From Candidatus Planktophila sp. (GTDB taxonomy: Bacteria; Actinomycetota; Actinomycetes; Nanopelagicales; Nanopelagicaceae), in NCBI GenBank assembly GCA_003569185.1, contig BGOJ01000001.1, forward strand, positions 64,557-128,556: a stretch of DNA of 64,000 bases, written 5' to 3'. A program made the position numbers and the translations under genes. The notes beneath the pieces were generated by a model that saw only the letters and a list, made by a program, of their open reading frames with translations, had not been told where the DNA came from and ran no database searches. Numbering within the stretch: the first letter of the stretch is position 1; every line of letters begins with the position of its first letter. This document shows positions 40,118 through 50,330 of the stretch, piece by piece.

Positions 40118-43039
40118 ATGAGTAACTCAGGCTTTAGTGGTGGTGGGTTTAACCGTAATAACAATCCATTTGGTGGCAGCGGTTTTGGTGGTGGGTTTCC
40201 AAATCCATTTGCAAGTCGTGGAAATGGTAAGCGTCGAGTTAGTCCGTTAACAATCACTTTTATTGTTTTATTTGTTTTATCTAGCGTTTTAATTTCCTTA
40301 AGTGGTTTTTACGCAGATTTACTCTGGTTTCGCTCGGTAGGTTTTGTTGATGTTTGGCAAACATCCTTATTCACTAAAATTTATTTATTCTTTGGCTTCG
40401 GACTTATTACCTCAGCAATTATCACTTTAAATATTTATCTTGCATTTAGAAAACGCCCAATTTATGTGCCAGTAACGGTCGAGGCTGATAATTTAGAAAG
40501 ATATCGCGCTCAACTAGAACCAATTCGTCGCCTTGCTGGCATTGGTATTTTCTTGGTAATTTTTTATTTTGCTGGCACTGCTGGATCACGATTCTGGCAA
40601 CAATGGCTACTTTTCCAGAACTCAACTGAATTTGGACAGGTTGATCCACAATTTGGATTAGATATCTCATTCTTTGCATTTAAGCTGCCGATGTACCAAG
40701 CACTTATTGGCTGGGGTATTTCAACGATTGTGTTGGCAATTATTGCTGCCGCAGCAGTTCATTACATATACGGTGGCATTAGAACTCAGGTTAAAGAGGA
40801 CCGAACCACTGTTGCCGCAAGAGTTCAGCTTTCCATTTTGCTTGGCTTGCTAGTTTTACTAAAGGCAGTTGCTTACTGGTTTGATCGTTATGCATTAACT
40901 TTAAAAGAGGGCAGGTTAATTACCGGCCTTACCTACAGTGATGTAAATGCACTGTTGCCTGCTAAATCAATTTTGGCGGCGATTGCGGTGATCTGCTCCC
41001 TTCTATTCTTTGCAAATATTGTTCGTAAATCCTGGTTGTTACCAACAGCTGGTGTGGCACTAATGGTTATCGCATCAGTTTTAATCGCAGGTGTTTACCC
41101 AGCAGCAATCCAACAGTTTCAAGTAAAGCCATCTGAGTCCACAAAAGAGGCACCTTTTATTCAAAGAAATATTGATGCCACCCGCGATGCTTATGGTTTA
41201 ACAAATGTAGAGGTAAAGGATTACCAAGCAACGGTTACAACTTCAGCTGGTCAATTAGCTAATGATGCGGCCACGATTGCAAATATCCGATTGATGGATC
41301 CAAATGTTTTATCTGCAACCTTTAGACAACTACAACAGATCAAGCCATATTACGCTTTTGCTGATTCATTAGATATTGATCGTTACAAGATTGATGGCAA
41401 AGAGCGCGATGTGGTTGTGGCAGTTCGTGAGTTAAATATTGATGGAAATCCATCTCGAAACTGGATTAATGATCACTTGGTTTACACCCATGGCTTTGGA
41501 ATGGTTGGCGCATTCGGAAACACTGTTGATGCAGATGGCAAACCAACATTTACAGTTGGCGATATCCCACCAACTAAAGGTTTAGGAGAGTTTGAACCTC
41601 GTATTTACTTTGGTGAGAATGTTCCGGATTACTCAATTATTGGTGGACCGGCAGCGAGTAATCCAGTTGAGCTTGATTACCCAGATGACAATTCAACTAA
41701 TGGTCAAAAAAACTACACTTATACCGGTAAAGGTGGCGTGCCAATGGGCTCCCTATTTACCAGATTGTTGTTTGCGATTAAATATCAAGAACAAAGAATT
41801 GTGCTTTCTAATTTAATTAATTCAGAATCAAAGATTTTGTTTAATAGAAATCCACGTGAGCGAGTAGCAAAGGTTGCGCCATGGCTTACTTTGGATGGAG
41901 ATCCATATCCTGCAATTATCGATGGCAAAATTCTTTGGATTATCGATGGCTACACAACTAGTGCAGGTTATCCAAACTCAAGAGTGGTAAACCTTGCCAA
42001 TACTGGGGATGCCTTAACTAGTAGATCAAATGCTGTTTCATCTTTAGATGATCGCAATGTTAATTACATAAGAAACTCAGTTAAAGCCACAGTTGATGCC
42101 TACGATGGAACAGTTTCACTTTACCAATGGGATGAAAAGGATCCAGTGCTAGCAACTTGGAGTAAGGCATTTCCAGGAACTGTTAAGCCAAGAAGTGAGA
42201 TTTCAGCAGAATTACTTGCCCACGTTAGATATCCAGAGGATATGTTCCGCGTACAAAGAGATATTTTAAGTGCTTATCACGTAACAACTGCCGATGCTTT
42301 TTATGGCGGACAGGATTTCTGGCGCGTACCTCTTGATCCATCTAGCTTTGGATCAAACTCTGGTAACCAACCTCCTTATTACCTAACGATGCAAATACCT
42401 GGTCAGAGCAAGCCAACATTCTCGCTCTACACACCTTTTGTGCCTAGAGGAGGCCGTGAGAATTTAACTGCATTAGCTGTTGTTAACTCAGATGCTGGTG
42501 ATGAGTATGGAAAGATCACCGTTCTACAACTACCACGCTCAACAAATATTGCAGGTCCTTCACAAGTATCTTCAAACTTTGAAGCAAAGCCAGAGGTTGC
42601 AACCTCACTTTCACTATTGCGCCAAGGTGGATCAGATGTAGTGCTTGGTAATTTGCTCACCTTGCCAGTTGGTAAAGGTTTGCTTTATGTACAACCAGTT
42701 TACGTAAGAGCTACTGGCAACACTGCGGCATATCCATTGCTACAAAAAGTTTTGGTTTCATTTGGTGATCAAATTGGATTTAGTGAAACGTTGCAAGGTG
42801 CATTAGATCAAGTATTTGGTGGTAACTCTGGAACAACAGTTTCAGATAATCAGCAATCAACAGCAACTCCAGGTGGAGTTGGAACTAGCCAAGCAATTAA
42901 AGCCGCAATTTCATCATTACAAGCTGCTTATGCTGATCTAGAAGCAGCACAAAAGCGTTTAGATGGTGCTGCTGAAGATAAAGCTAGAGCAAGAGTTAAA
43001 GCAGCAATTGCAGCATTAATTTCTGCACAAAATAGATAA
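40118..43039 (+). CDS. UPF0182 family membrane protein
   Basis: DPQFGLDISFF, HLVYTHG, YIRNSVKA, YVQPVY; precedes tRNA-Met. Confidence 0.93.
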   Translation: MSNSGFSGGGFNRNNNPFGGSGFGGGFPNPFASRGNGKRRVSPLTITFIVLFVLSSVLISLSGFYADLLWFRSVGFVDVWQTSLFTKIYLFFGFGLITSAIITLNIYLAFRKRPIYVPVTVEADNLERYRAQLEPIRRLAGIGIFLVIFYFAGTAGSRFWQQWLLFQNSTEFGQVDPQFGLDISFFAFKLPMYQALIGWGISTIVLAIIAAAAVHYIYGGIRTQVKEDRTTVAARVQLSILLGLLVLLKAVAYWFDRYALTLKEGRLITGLTYSDVNALLPAKSILAAIAVICSLLFFANIVRKSWLLPTAGVALMVIASVLIAGVYPAAIQQFQVKPSESTKEAPFIQRNIDATRDAYGLTNVEVKDYQATVTTSAGQLANDAATIANIRLMDPNVLSATFRQLQQIKPYYAFADSLDIDRYKIDGKERDVVVAVRELNIDGNPSRNWINDHLVYTHGFGMVGAFGNTVDADGKPTFTVGDIPPTKGLGEFEPRIYFGENVPDYSIIGGPAASNPVELDYPDDNSTNGQKNYTYTGKGGVPMGSLFTRLLFAIKYQEQRIVLSNLINSESKILFNRNPRERVAKVAPWLTLDGDPYPAIIDGKILWIIDGYTTSAGYPNSRVVNLANTGDALTSRSNAVSSLDDRNVNYIRNSVKATVDAYDGTVSLYQWDEKDPVLATWSKAFPGTVKPRSEISAELLAHVRYPEDMFRVQRDILSAYHVTTADAFYGGQDFWRVPLDPSSFGSNSGNQPPYYLTMQIPGQSKPTFSLYTPFVPRGGRENLTALAVVNSDAGDEYGKITVLQLPRSTNIAGPSQVSSNFEAKPEVATSLSLLRQGGSDVVLGNLLTLPVGKGLLYVQPVYVRATGNTAAYPLLQKVLVSFGDQIGFSETLQGALDQVFGGNSGTTVSDNQQSTATPGGVGTSQAIKAAISSLQAAYADLEAAQKRLDGAAEDKARARVKAAIAALISAQNR

Positions 43040-43092
43040 TAAATTCATTTATTTGGGTTAAATGCCCAACTGCTCTAAGATTTAATCACCGA

Positions 43093-43169
<77 letters not shown>

Positions 43170-43173
43170 ATCT

Positions 43174-45477
43174 TTATCTAATACGTAAGCTATTTAAAAC
43201 AACAAATAATGATGAGAGCGACATCGCTCCTGCTGCATACATTGGCGATAGATTTCCACTCGCAGCTATTGGAATAAAAGCTAAGTTATAGAAAAACGCC
43301 CACCCTAAGTTTGATTTAATTATTTTTACACTCTTTTGTGAAATTGCTAGCGCATCTAATACTGCTATCAAAGAAGGTCGAATTAAGGTGATATCAGCGG
43401 CAGCAATGGCTGTGTCAGTTCCAGAGCCCATCGCCATACTTAAATCTGATTTAGCAATAGCAGCAGCATCATTTATGCCATCACCGATCATTAGTACTTT
43501 GCCCTTTTGTTGCAGGTTTTCAACGAAAATTAATTTATCTTCAGGAGTTGCGGTGGCAAATATGTGGTCAATTGGTATTCCAACTGATGCCCCCATCGAT
43601 ATTCCAGCACTCTCACTATCGCCTGTGACTAGCCAAGTGTTGATACCGGCCTTATGTAATCTTTCAATTGCCAACTTACTCTCTGGCTTGATCTGATCTC
43701 CAATTTCAAAAACGCCATACGCTAAACCATCAATGGCAAGTACTGCCACTGAGTTTGCTCTTTGGGTTGCAGAGTTAATTGCCTCAGTTAGTTTTGGTGA
43801 GAATTCAGTAGTTGCTCGGGCAATTGAAAGTGGTGATCCAATTAAAACCGCTTTTGAGTTGGCCGAACTATCAGATTTAACTCGGGCAGCAACTCCTACG
43901 CCGGTTGAATGCTCAAAATCTGAAACTTCAAATTTAGTAACACCTTGTTTTTGAAGGGCTGCAGCTAGTGCCACTGCGATTGGATGTGAATCCATACTTT
44001 CAATCGACAAAGCATAAGAGAGTAATTCCGAGGTAGAAATAGCTGTGCTGCTGCTAGTTAGAGGATTGTTAATTAAAGTCATCTCAAGGAGAACCATCTG
44101 ACCGGTTGTGATAGTTCCAGTTTTATCAAAAACTGCATCAGTTATACCAACTGCTTTTTCAATGGATCTAGGTGATCTAATAACGATGCCAGATTTTGCT
44201 GCTTTGCCAGAGGCAACCATTAAAGCAATGGGTGTTGCTAATCCAAGTGCGCAAGGACAGGCAATAACTAACACTGCAACCGCGGTCGTAATTGATTTTG
44301 CTAAATCTGCTTGAGTTAAATACCACGCTGTGAAAGTAGCTATTGAAAGTAGCAATACAACTGGTACAAATACTCGACTAATTTTATCTGCCAATTGCTG
44401 AGCAGGAGCTTTCTCAGATTGAGCAGCTAAAATCATTCTGGTAATTCTGGCTAACTCAGTATCAGAGCCAATTCGGGTTGCCTTAACTAAAATATTTCCA
44501 TTGTTATTAATAGAACCTGCATAAACTAAGTCATTAAGGTTGATTTCTATTGGAGTCACTTCACCTGTTAAAAATGCATTATTGATAGTTGTATAACCAG
44601 AGATGACTTGGCCATCAGTGGCGATTCGATCTCCTGGCTTAACTACAAAAACATCTCCAACTTGTAGTTGATCGATTGGAATGGTGATATTTCCACCCGC
44701 GGCTTGCACCTCTACCTCGCTGGTAGAAAGCTTAAATAACTCTGCTAAAGCTGAGCCAGCTTTTCGTTTAGCTCGGTGCTCCAAATATCGACCAAGCATT
44801 ACAAAGAATATAACTGATGCAGAAACTTCGGTATAAACATTTAACATTTCATCTTTTGCCTGGTAGGTGGCAAGTGAGTAAATGCTCCAACCAAGTGATA
44901 TCAAAGAACCGAGTGAGACCAATGTATCCATGGTGGGGTTTAACAAGTTCTTGATTGCGGCGCGATGAATTGGCCATGCTAAAACAATTACCACAAATAC
45001 AGATAGGGCTACTACGAGCCAGATTGAAATAGGTGCAATTGGATAATTCAGTATGAAATTGGAATTTCTCTCAGCAAAAAACTGATTGGTATTATCAATA
45101 ATAGGCAATAACAATTTATCTAGATATTGATGCCAACTCTCGATCATTGAAATTGAAAGTATTGGAAGTGTTAAGGCAAATGTAAGTAATAATCTAATTC
45201 CTAAACGATTGGATTTCTCAAAGGATTCTCGCTCACCTTTAAATGCTGAAGCTTTGTAGCCAGCTGATTCAACTGCGGAGATTAATACCTTTTCAGATAC
45301 ATTAAGTGGGGCAATTATGTGGGCAGATTCCATGGCTAGATTTACTGCAGCCTGAACTCCAGGGATTTTATTTAGTGATTTTTCAATAGTGCTCACACAA
45401 GAGGAGCAGGTCATTCCAGTCAGCGATAAATTAACTTGCCTGGTTTTTAGATCACTTTTTTCAAGAGTTACGGCCAT
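43174..45477 (-). CDS. copA: P1B-type heavy-metal (Cu) ATPase
   Basis: GMTCSSC, TGE, CPCALGL, DKTGT, HP, GDGIND, YN, MSLSS; start placed at MAVTL (TAATCT -10). Confidence 0.9.
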   Translation of the reverse strand: MAVTLEKSDLKTRQVNLSLTGMTCSSCVSTIEKSLNKIPGVQAAVNLAMESAHIIAPLNVSEKVLISAVESAGYKASAFKGERESFEKSNRLGIRLLLTFALTLPILSISMIESWHQYLDKLLLPIIDNTNQFFAERNSNFILNYPIAPISIWLVVALSVFVVIVLAWPIHRAAIKNLLNPTMDTLVSLGSLISLGWSIYSLATYQAKDEMLNVYTEVSASVIFFVMLGRYLEHRAKRKAGSALAELFKLSTSEVEVQAAGGNITIPIDQLQVGDVFVVKPGDRIATDGQVISGYTTINNAFLTGEVTPIEINLNDLVYAGSINNNGNILVKATRIGSDTELARITRMILAAQSEKAPAQQLADKISRVFVPVVLLLSIATFTAWYLTQADLAKSITTAVAVLVIACPCALGLATPIALMVASGKAAKSGIVIRSPRSIEKAVGITDAVFDKTGTITTGQMVLLEMTLINNPLTSSSTAISTSELLSYALSIESMDSHPIAVALAAALQKQGVTKFEVSDFEHSTGVGVAARVKSDSSANSKAVLIGSPLSIARATTEFSPKLTEAINSATQRANSVAVLAIDGLAYGVFEIGDQIKPESKLAIERLHKAGINTWLVTGDSESAGISMGASVGIPIDHIFATATPEDKLIFVENLQQKGKVLMIGDGINDAAAIAKSDLSMAMGSGTDTAIAAADITLIRPSLIAVLDALAISQKSVKIIKSNLGWAFFYNLAFIPIAASGNLSPMYAAGAMSLSSLFVVLNSLRIR

Positions 45478-45502
45478 AGGGAACAGATTACTCGCACTTT
45501 TA

Positions 45503-46555
45503 CTAGCCGATTGATAAAACTCTTCGAAGGCTTGCAAGTCTTGCTAAATGTTGGTCAGTCAGCGTTGGCCAATTATTTAAAGCACAACCCGGTTCATTGT
45601 GGGTGCAATTCTTTTGGCAATTAGCAATAGCTTCACTGAATTCAGGAAAGGAAGAGATAACTCTTGCCGCTTGAATATGTGCGATTCCAAATGAACGAAC
45701 ACCTGGTGTATCAATAATCCATCCAAAATCAGCTCCATCAAAGGAGGATGAAAGCGGGAGCGCAATGGCACTTGAAGTGGTGTGGCGTCCGCGACCAGTA
45801 ACCTCATTTACATCCCCAGTTACTCGTTCGCCATTTTCAATTCCAAACTCTGAAACTTTGTTTACTGAACTAGCCAGCAAATTATTTACCAACGTAGATT
45901 TTCCAACACCGGAGTGTCCAAGTAGAACAGTAATTTTGCTAGCTAACACTTCTTGTAGAGAAGTTAGATCTGAAGACTTATCAGTTTTAAATACCGGAAT
46001 ATCTAAATCCTTATAAATCTGAAGGAATTCATCTCCACTTGCTAAATCCTTCTTGGTCATAACAATTATTGGCTTTATCCCTTGATCATATGCAACCACT
46101 AAGGCTCGATCTACTAGACCAACTTTTGGCTCAGGATTAGCGGCTGAAATTACAATCGCCATTTGATCAACATTAGCCACGATTACTCGTTCATCATTTG
46201 CATGATCTTCGATGCTTCTTGTAAGTGAATTTTTTCTAGTTAAAACTGTAACCACACGTGCCAGAGATCCTTCATCTCCTGAGATGTCACCAACTATTGA
46301 TACTAGATCTCCAACTACAACTGATTTCTTACCTAACTCTCTAGCTTTCATCGCTGTAATAATTTTTTTGCCAGCGGGTGCTTTAATTAAACACTTAACA
46401 CGTCCTCGATCTACCTCAATAATGGTTGCAGTTTGTGCTGATGAGTAATCTGGTCGATCTTTAGTTCTAGGCCGAGTTTTATTGCTGGCACCGAATTGGC
46501 GCGATTTATTAATCCGGACATCATCTTCATCCCAATTACTTTTCGATCTAACCAT
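45503..46555 (-). CDS. rsgA: Ribosome small subunit GTPase RsgA
   Basis: TKKD, GHSGVGKS, RGRHTT, DTPG, C..CTH..C. Confidence 0.95.
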   Translation of the reverse strand: MVRSKSNWDEDDVRINKSRQFGASNKTRPRTKDRPDYSSAQTATIIEVDRGRVKCLIKAPAGKKIITAMKARELGKKSVVVGDLVSIVGDISGDEGSLARVVTVLTRKNSLTRSIEDHANDERVIVANVDQMAIVISAANPEPKVGLVDRALVVAYDQGIKPIIVMTKKDLASGDEFLQIYKDLDIPVFKTDKSSDLTSLQEVLASKITVLLGHSGVGKSTLVNNLLASSVNKVSEFGIENGERVTGDVNEVTGRGRHTTSSAIALPLSSSFDGADFGWIIDTPGVRSFGIAHIQAARVISSFPEFSEAIANCQKNCTHNEPGCALNNWPTLTDQHLARLASLRRVLSIG

Positions 46556-47843
46556 TAAGCATTGCCTGCCACATGCCCGGAAAATCAGGCAAGGTTTTTC
46601 GCGTAGTTTCTATATTTTCAACGGTAATTCCCTCAACAGCTAGACCAATGATTGCTCCTGCCGTGGCCATTCGATGATCCTCATAACTATTAAAAATTTG
46701 AGTTGAGCTCATCTTGGTTGGCTTAATTAGTAATTCACCTGGGCCTTCAGTAACAGATCCACCTAGATTATTAATTTCATTGGCTAATGCAGATAGTCGA
46801 TCAGTTTCATGCATTCGAAGATGGGCAATTCCGCGAAGAGTTGATGGTGTTGTGGCAAGAGATGCAACAGCTGCAATACTTGGAGTTAATTCTCCAACAT
46901 CACCTAAATCAATATCGATGCCAGTAACTTGGCCAGTACCAGAAATAGTCAATTGTTTTTCACTTAACTCTATTTTTGCTCCCATGCTGGTGAAAATGTT
47001 GCGAAGTTGATCACCTGGTTGGGCAGTTTTTGTTGGCCAATCTTTTATTGAAACACTGCCACCACAGATCATCGCTGCTGCCATAAATGGCGCTGCGTTG
47101 GAAAGATCTGGCTCAATGACTAAATCTTGGCCAATCAATTCACAAGGCTTAATACTCCAACTATTTGAGGTAACTTCAACTTTTGCTCCAAATTTTTCTA
47201 GCATTTGAATTGTCATTTCAATATGGGGCAGTGAGGGCAATGAGACACCAATATTCTTAATTGTGATTCCTTCTTCAGTGGCCGGTGCTAGCAACATTAA
47301 AGCGGAGACGAATTGGCTAGATGCACTTGCATCAATTTCCACATTGCCACCTTTAACTTTGCCAGCACCATTAATCGTTATTGGCATCCTGTATTTACTA
47401 TTATGTTCAATGGAAATACCTAGCTGTTCTAAGGCTTTAATGACGGGAGCGATTGGTCGCTCATGCGATCTTGCATCACCATCGAAGTGAATTAATCCAG
47501 TTGCTAAAGCTGCAATTGGCGGTAAAAATCTCATAACAGTTCCAGCGTTACCAACTTCAATTTGGGTTGGTCCCATTAGCTTTTTTGGTTTTACTAAATA
47601 ATCAAAGCCATCATCTGTTTTAATCTGCTCAATTTCGCATCCTAAACTTTGTAATCCTTTAACCATTAAATCGGTATCACGAGAGGAGAGAGGTTTTCGA
47701 ATAGTTGAAGCAGTTGTGGCAATAGCAGCCAGTATCAAGGCTCGGTTCGTTGCTGATTTTGACCCTGGAATATTGATAGTTGCCTTGATTGGTTTGCTGG
47801 CAGCAGTTAAGCCACCGCGAAAAGGTGCATTCCAATTAGTCAT
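46548..47843 (-). CDS. aroA: EPSP synthase
   Basis: PGSKSATNR, GNAGTVMRF, SSQFVS, HETDRL, DHRMA; start placed at MTNW (TAGACT -10). Confidence 0.97.
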   Translation of the reverse strand: MTNWNAPFRGGLTAASKPIKATINIPGSKSATNRALILAAIATTASTIRKPLSSRDTDLMVKGLQSLGCEIEQIKTDDGFDYLVKPKKLMGPTQIEVGNAGTVMRFLPPIAALATGLIHFDGDARSHERPIAPVIKALEQLGISIEHNSKYRMPITINGAGKVKGGNVEIDASASSQFVSALMLLAPATEEGITIKNIGVSLPSLPHIEMTIQMLEKFGAKVEVTSNSWSIKPCELIGQDLVIEPDLSNAAPFMAAAMICGGSVSIKDWPTKTAQPGDQLRNIFTSMGAKIELSEKQLTISGTGQVTGIDIDLGDVGELTPSIAAVASLATTPSTLRGIAHLRMHETDRLSALANEINNLGGSVTEGPGELLIKPTKMSSTQIFNSYEDHRMATAGAIIGLAVEGITVENIETTRKTLPDFPGMWQAMLNG

Positions 47844-47913
47844 ATGTCCCAGTCTACCTTCCACCGTTTTAGGAAGTTTTAGGTTTGTTCGCGCTCAGCC
47901 TCTATTACTAAGG

Positions 47914-47939
47914 GGAATAAACCAAAGGAAACCTAGGTT
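47914..47939 (+). promoter_or_regulatory. Autoregulatory SigR/SigH promoter
   Basis: GGAAT (47914-18), 18 nt, GTT (47937-39), 8 nt before GTG 47948. Confidence 0.75.
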
Positions 47940-47947
47940 CTCCCTCT

Positions 47948-48658
47948 GTGAATGCTGTGCGAGATCAACTGGGTGAAATTAAGAAATATTCTGAGCTACT
48001 GAAAACTCCCTTCGAGGTAGCCTTAGCCCAAATGAATAACGAAGATTTACTGCCAGCGGTTATCGATCGCAATAAAGAAACACTGGCACAACGCAAAGCC
48101 AGGTTCGAAAAAGATGCATTGGTATTTACCTCTCAACTTTATGGCGCAGCACTTCGCTATACGAAAAACACCCATGATGCACAAGATTTAGTGCAAGACA
48201 CATATGCAAAAGCATTTACTAGTTTTCATCAGTTTGAACCGGGCACAAATTTAAAAGCTTGGTTGTATCGAATTTTAACAACCACTTTTATAAACAATTA
48301 TCGAAAAGATCAACGTCGCCCGCAAATATCTGCAGGTGAAATTGAAGATTGGCAGATTGCAGATGCCTCATCTCACACAAGTGACCAAGGTAAATCTGCT
48401 GAGGATGAAGTTCTAGAAAATATTGCAGATAGAGATATTAAGGAAGCCCTTGCGGCAATGCCAGATGAGTTTCGAATGGCGGTTTATCTCTCAGATGTTG
48501 AAGGATTTTCCTATAAAGAGATTGCAGAGATAACTGGAGTTCCTACCGGCACAGTTATGTCAAGGCTGCACCGTGGTAGAAAACTTCTTAGAAGTTCACT
48601 TGCTGCATATGCAAAAGAGCGAGGCTTTAAAGATAAAAAAGCTGGTGATGACAAATGA
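47948..48658 (+). CDS. sigR: ECF sigma factor SigR/SigH (second start at ATG 48032)
   Basis: [30 protein letters not shown]; followed by a ZAS anti-sigma. Confidence 0.9.
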   Translation: MNAVRDQLGEIKKYSELLKTPFEVALAQMNNEDLLPAVIDRNKETLAQRKARFEKDALVFTSQLYGAALRYTKNTHDAQDLVQDTYAKAFTSFHQFEPGTNLKAWLYRILTTTFINNYRKDQRRPQISAGEIEDWQIADASSHTSDQGKSAEDEVLENIADRDIKEALAAMPDEFRMAVYLSDVEGFSYKEIAEITGVPTGTVMSRLHRGRKLLRSSLAAYAKERGFKDKKAGDDK

Positions 48659-49053
48659 GTAATTTAAATAATTTCATTTCCTGCGAGCAGGTAATTCCAA
48701 ACATCATTCTTTATATAGATCATGAGATTTTTGATGATCAAGAGTTGAATGCAGTTGAAATCCATTTTGGTAGCTGTCCTAATTGTAGGACCCAAATGGA
48801 GCAGGAAAATGCCGCATTGACAATGATGAGAAATCTTTTGTGCAATGCCTTGGCTGAAGAGGCACCAGAAGAGTTGTGTGGTCGGATAAATCAACAAACT
48901 GAAGATTTATACAATCAAATGATGCAAGGCGTAACTTCTCAAAGCGTTACTGAGATTACCTATACCCAAACAACTTATACGGAAATAACCTCAGAAGGTG
49001 CGACACAAATTGAAATAACTAGCGAAATTCGCAGGGAGTTCCCGCAAGAGTAA
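48655..49053 (+). CDS. rsrA: Zinc-binding anti-sigma factor RsrA/RshA
   Basis: N-terminal Cys, HFGSCPNC (HxxxCxxC); ATGA coupling to the sigma gene. Confidence 0.85.
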   Translation: MSNLNNFISCEQVIPNIILYIDHEIFDDQELNAVEIHFGSCPNCRTQMEQENAALTMMRNLLCNALAEEAPEELCGRINQQTEDLYNQMMQGVTSQSVTEITYTQTTYTEITSEGATQIEITSEIRREFPQE

Positions 49054-49078
49054 TTACTTAATCACTAATGTTGTGATT

Positions 49079-49531
49079 ATGAAACCTGAGCAAGTTATTG
49101 GCGCCGTAGGCATGTCTAGTATGGCCATTCGCCCAGGAGACACATCTGTTGCACAAGGAGTTAATGATTTACCGGTTGTTGGCTCTAATCAAATACTTTC
49201 ACTTATGGAAAGTGCCTGCAGCGCTGCAATTATTGAGTTTCTGGATTTCGGTGAAACTACGGTCACATTCAACACTCAACTTGAAGTATTAGGCGCTGCA
49301 GGGGTTGGTACTGAAATTCACGCTACTTCAAGATGTTTGGGATTAGTTGAAAATATTTTAAAATTTGAGGTAGAAGTTCACCAAAGTGCGAGATTAATCG
49401 CAAGCGGCATTATTTCTCGAAAGTTTGTTGAAAGAGTTTCATTTATGGCCAGAGTAGCAGCGGAAACAATGATTGCAGAGAAAGAGAGTAATTCAAGGGA
49501 TGAAAAAATCGCTAGCAGCTTAAGAATCTAA
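49079..49531 (+). CDS. Hotdog-fold thioesterase (FlK-like)
   Basis: LPVVGS..ILSLMESAC, GETTV, G...R pattern. Confidence 0.75.
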   Translation: MKPEQVIGAVGMSSMAIRPGDTSVAQGVNDLPVVGSNQILSLMESACSAAIIEFLDFGETTVTFNTQLEVLGAAGVGTEIHATSRCLGLVENILKFEVEVHQSARLIASGIISRKFVERVSFMARVAAETMIAEKESNSRDEKIASSLRI

Positions 49532-49545
49532 GCCACTAGCGATTT
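49506..49545. terminator. Hairpin between convergent thioesterase and sodN
   Basis: AAATCGCTAG..GCTTA....TAAGC..CTAGCGATTT. Confidence 0.65.
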
Positions 49546-49555
49546 AATTAACTTA

Positions 49556-49963
49556 TTATTTTTTAGTTGCCCAAAAAATTTCTGCAATTTCGTCAATTTT
49601 GCCAATTAACTTCTCGGCAACTGCAACATCATTGCTACCTTTACTACCACCGGCACCAGCTAATTTAGTCGCTTCATTAAATAGTGTGTGAAGTTGTGGG
49701 TAAGCCTCAAAGTGATTTGGCTTGAAATAATCTGTCCATAACACCCATAGGTGATGCTTAACTAGTTCAGAGCGTTCTTCTTTGATTGCAACCGCGCGTG
49801 ATTTAAAGTCTGGATCACTGCTAGCAGCATATTTCTCCATGCATGCTTTCACAGACTGTGCTTCAATTTTGGCTTGTGCTGGATCATAAACGCCGCATGG
49901 CAGATCACAGTGAGCAAAGACAGTTTGCTTTGGCTTGATGATTTCAATTAAAGATTTAAACAT
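49556..49963 (-). CDS. sodN: Nickel superoxide dismutase precursor
   Basis: 17-aa propeptide, then Ni-hook HCDLPCGVYDP; WVLWTDYFK. Confidence 0.97.
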   Translation of the reverse strand: MFKSLIEIIKPKQTVFAHCDLPCGVYDPAQAKIEAQSVKACMEKYAASSDPDFKSRAVAIKEERSELVKHHLWVLWTDYFKPNHFEAYPQLHTLFNEATKLAGAGGSKGSNDVAVAEKLIGKIDEIAEIFWATKK

Positions 49964-50012
49964 TTCTCTCCTTGGTTTATTTAAAACTTTTACTTAGTGG
50001 GAGAATACTCCC

Positions 50013-50330
50013 ATGTTTGGATTGAGTCGGGTAGTAGTTGAGGGTAATTCAATGTCGCCTGCTTATAACCAGGGTGATTGGTTAATAATCCGCAGATTAA
50101 GTGGCCAGGAACACAGATTAAAAATTGGAAAGCTCTACCTAATATCCGATCCAACTAGACCTGGAATTAAGTTATTAAAGCGATTGACCCAAACTCGAAT
50201 TGAGCATGGCGTGATTAGGTATTGGGTTGAAGGCGATAACCCAGCCAGTACTGATTCTAGGAGTTGGGGTTGGCTTGAATCTTCGCAAGTTGTTGCAAAA
50301 GTATTGCTGCGTTACAAAAGAGGTAATTAA
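50013..50330 (+). CDS. sodX: NiSOD maturation protease (S26 family)
   Basis: GNSMSP, KRL, GDN..STDSRSWG; divergent from sodN. Confidence 0.9.
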   Translation: MFGLSRVVVEGNSMSPAYNQGDWLIIRRLSGQEHRLKIGKLYLISDPTRPGIKLLKRLTQTRIEHGVIRYWVEGDNPASTDSRSWGWLESSQVVAKVLLRYKRGN

